A stretch of DNA of 64,000 bases from Acutalibacteraceae bacterium (GTDB lineage Bacteria > Bacillota > Clostridia > Oscillospirales > Acutalibacteraceae): assembly GCA_045636705.1 (NCBI GenBank), contig JAZTYA010000033.1, positions 677 to 64,676 of the forward strand, given 5' to 3'. The position numbers and the translations under genes were made by a program. How positions within the stretch are numbered: the first letter of the stretch is position 1; each line of letters starts with the position of its first letter. The notes below the pieces were generated by a model. It was not told where the DNA came from. It saw nothing but the letters and a program-made list of their open reading frames with translations, and did not search any database. Of this stretch, positions 63,116 to 64,000 are shown in pieces.

Positions 63116-64000
63116 GACGGTTTACGTATGTGAAGAATGTGGTTTTGAAAGTCCGAAATGGTCGGGTCAATGTCCCGGTTGTAAGGCTTGGAACACACTT
63201 ACAGAACAAACTGTAAATCTTACTAGTGCGCAAACAATTTCAAAGCCTTTGTCTTCTATCAAGGCTTTCCCGCTAGACCAAATTACCTTTGAACAGGAGC
63301 ATAGAATTAAGACCGGAATTTCTGAGCTTGATAGGGTTCTTGGCGGCGGAATAGTAAAAGGCTCAGTTTCTTTAATCAGTGGTGACCCCGGTATTGGTAA
63401 GTCTACAATTCTTCTGCAAATATGCAAATTTCTTCCCGAGGAATATTCAATTCTTTACGTATCGGGAGAGGAATCTGCCGTTCAAATAAAGCTTCGCGCA
63501 AACAGGCTCGGAGTTGAAAACACCAACCTAAAACTAATGGCGGAAACCGACGTTTTGGCGATTTGCGAGTATATTAAAACAGCAAAGCCACACCTTGTAA
63601 TGATAGACTCAATTCAGACCATGCGCATATCCGAGCTTTCTTCTTCAATTGGAAGCATCGTTCAGACAAGGGAGTCGGCTAACCTTTTAATTTCCGTAGG
63701 TAAGGCGCTTGATATTCCGATAATAATAGTAGGTCACGTTAATAAAGGCGGAGATATTGCAGGTCCAAAGGTTTTAGAGCATAGCGTCGACACTGTGCTT
63801 TATTTTGAAGGAGAACATAATCAGTCCTATAGAATTCTTCGCGCTGTTAAAAACCGTTATGGCTCAACAAACGAAATCGGTGTTTTTGAAATGACTGAAA
63901 AGGGTCTAAATCAGGTTGAAAATCCTTCTGCAATGCTTTTGTCGGGTAGAATAAGCGGAGTGTCGGGCTCTGCTATTACCTGCGTTATAGAGGGAACAAG
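63099..64000 (+). CDS. radA: DNA repair protein RadA/Sms (5' part, runs off the window)
   Basis: Translated by hand: MATKIKTVYVCEECGFESPKWSGQCPGCKAWNT zinc ribbon, then GDPGIGKST (Walker A). It is absent from the ORF track because there is no stop codon in the window. Confidence 0.9.
   Translation, partial: MATKIKTVYVCEECGFESPKWSGQCPGCKAWNTLTEQTVNLTSAQTISKPLSSIKAFPLDQITFEQEHRIKTGISELDRVLGGGIVKGSVSLISGDPGIGKSTILLQICKFLPEEYSILYVSGEESAVQIKLRANRLGVENTNLKLMAETDVLAICEYIKTAKPHLVMIDSIQTMRISELSSSIGSIVQTRESANLLISVGKALDIPIIIVGHVNKGGDIAGPKVLEHSVDTVLYFEGEHNQSYRILRAVKNRYGSTNEIGVFEMTEKGLNQVENPSAMLLSGRISGVSGSAITCVIEGT

Overview
AT-rich Firmicutes chromosome segment, Clostridia-like and probably from a spore-former (cwlD, prp-rpmA, and the gene order plsX-rnc-smc-ftsY). 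About three quarters of the window is conserved housekeeping. On the + strand these include dprA, topA, trmFO, plsX, rnc, smc, ftsY, rdgB, nadD, yqeK, rsfS, leuS, rplU-prp-rpmA-obg, mrnC, dut, nusB, xseAB, ispA, dxs, tlyA, nadK, argR, recN, tyrS, queA, tgt, yajC, cwlD and a partial radA. On the - strand are greA and asd-dapA-dapB. An accessory block lies between greA (about 18.2 kb) and the rplU promoter (about 36.6 kb) and is interrupted by tRNA-Gln, tRNA-His and tRNA-Leu. It has three parts. (1) Three tandem paralogous lipoproteins, each built from 41-aa Cys/His repeats plus a C-terminal HExxHxxGxPDxY (snapalysin-like) metalloprotease motif. (2) A small regulatory module: an XRE repressor with a 13-bp inverted repeat, a consensus promoter feeding a strongly terminated leader of about 135 nt, and a Cys-rich KTR-type mini-protein. 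(3) The main candidate for a novel system: a same-strand locus of about 12 genes (24.85-36.57 kb). It holds a TetR regulator, two ER/archaeal-type (SipW-like) signal peptidases, seven proteins with SipW-class signal peptides and TasA-like motifs, and one LPXTG-anchored protein. Three of the seven carry different beta-helix or GLUG C-terminal payloads. A recurring bipartite hairpin element sits in the intergenic gaps of this locus. No integrase, transposase, CRISPR array or rRNA was seen. All calls come from reading motifs in the supplied translations and the DNA. No database search was run.
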